64,000 bases of DNA, taken from Macrostomum lignano (Eukaryota). Both the position numbers and the translations under genes were made by a program. The notes under the pieces were generated by a model. It saw only the letters and a program-made list of their open reading frames with translations, ran no database searches and was not told the origin of the DNA. Positions 63,323 through 64,000 of the stretch are shown piece after piece. Each line of letters begins with the position of its first letter. The first letter of the stretch is position 1. The stretch is from assembly GCA_002269645.1 (NCBI GenBank), contig NIVC01002983.1, positions 1 through 64,000 on the forward strand, in the 5' to 3' direction.

Positions 63323-63857
63323 AGGCTGAAGTGCGAGCTAACCATTCGTCATCCGCATCCAAGCCGGTCCCCATTCCTCTCCAAACAGGATCTGAGTGGA
63401 TTAGGCGCTGCCGCCGGTCGCCAATCGTCTGCTTTCTCGCCGACCACCTCCAACAACAACAGCAGCAGGGCGCCATCCTCCTCCGTGGTTGTGGTCGGAG
63501 GTGGCGGCGACGGCGGCACCTGCGACTGCGCTTGCCACCATGAAGCGGGCAGGCAGCAGCAGCTCAGGCGCGAGGTGGCGGCCTACGACTCTGTGCTGCT
63601 GTCCAGCCTGGTCAGAATGAGCTGCAAACTGCGTCGCTGCTCTGACGGCCTTCTTGGCCGGCTCCGGAGCAGCCGGCATTTGAGTCGGACTCCGAGTCCG
63701 GCTGAGGACGTCCTGTTGAACAGCCCCGATGCTGCCGGAGCATCCTTAGCGGCTGCCGCGGCTCCGGGGGCGTCGGCTGAAGGACGGAGCAGCGACTTGC
63801 AGGACAATCTGCAGTCGTGTCTGTACAATTTGCAGGCTGTGCAGTATCATATTCAGA
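63323..63857 (+). CDS. CEP170: CEP170 exon 7 (C-terminal conserved domain); gene continues beyond the window
   Basis: Acceptor TGTCTCAG at 63322. Phase-0 frame runs into YDSVLLSSLVRMSCKLRRCSDGLLGRLR (compare YDEMLFSSV.QFSKKIRQS.D....KIR) and LQSCLYNLQAVQYHIQ. Donor GA|GTGAGC at 63858. Confidence 0.85.
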
Positions 63858-64000
63858 GTGAGCGGCAGAAGAGTTAGCCAATGAAAATTGCTTTCTAGAT
63901 GAGAATCGCCCAGAAACAGAAGTTACTGTACACTAAAATATTGCACCTAATAAATAGTTGCACTAATTAATAATCAGCCTTAAAAGTATCGCCCAATTTA

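Overview
Eukaryotic (metazoan) genomic DNA, not prokaryotic. Exons are GC-rich and low-complexity (poly-Q/G/A/P), and nearly every intron is inflated by its own micro- or minisatellite. By inference this resembles the flatworm Macrostomum lignano; the organism is not verified. Three spliced + strand genes can be reconstructed with phase-consistent GT-AG junctions: (1) a ZNRF1/2-type UBZ + RING-H2 E3 ligase (3 coding exons, 10286-12966, 288 aa); (2) an FMN/Cappuccino-family formin with a DEP-like domain, FH1 and FH2 (6 exons, 19581-36135, 3' end unresolved); (3) CEP170 (FHA domain, LYGQPxWWG motif, C-terminal domain; 7 exons, 44838-63857, continuing out of the window). Mobile-element debris includes a Ty3/Gypsy pol remnant, RTE-like LINE 3' fragments, two hAT MITEs with 8-bp TSDs, a long-TIR Tc1/mariner derivative, Helitron termini and a tRNA-derived SINE. 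The most striking oddities are: a 45-bp array that duplicates the CEP170 exon-3 splice donor into 85 in-frame, stop-free copies; a fold-back inverted minisatellite in CEP170 intron 6; a formin intron array carrying the U1 snRNA 5'-end octamer; and two AT-rich, CpG-depleted domains enriched in TAGGCCTA upstream of ZNRF and CEP170. Most long ORFs in the supplied track are artefacts of tandem repeats. Repeat boundaries and copy numbers were read by eye and are approximate unless stated as exact.
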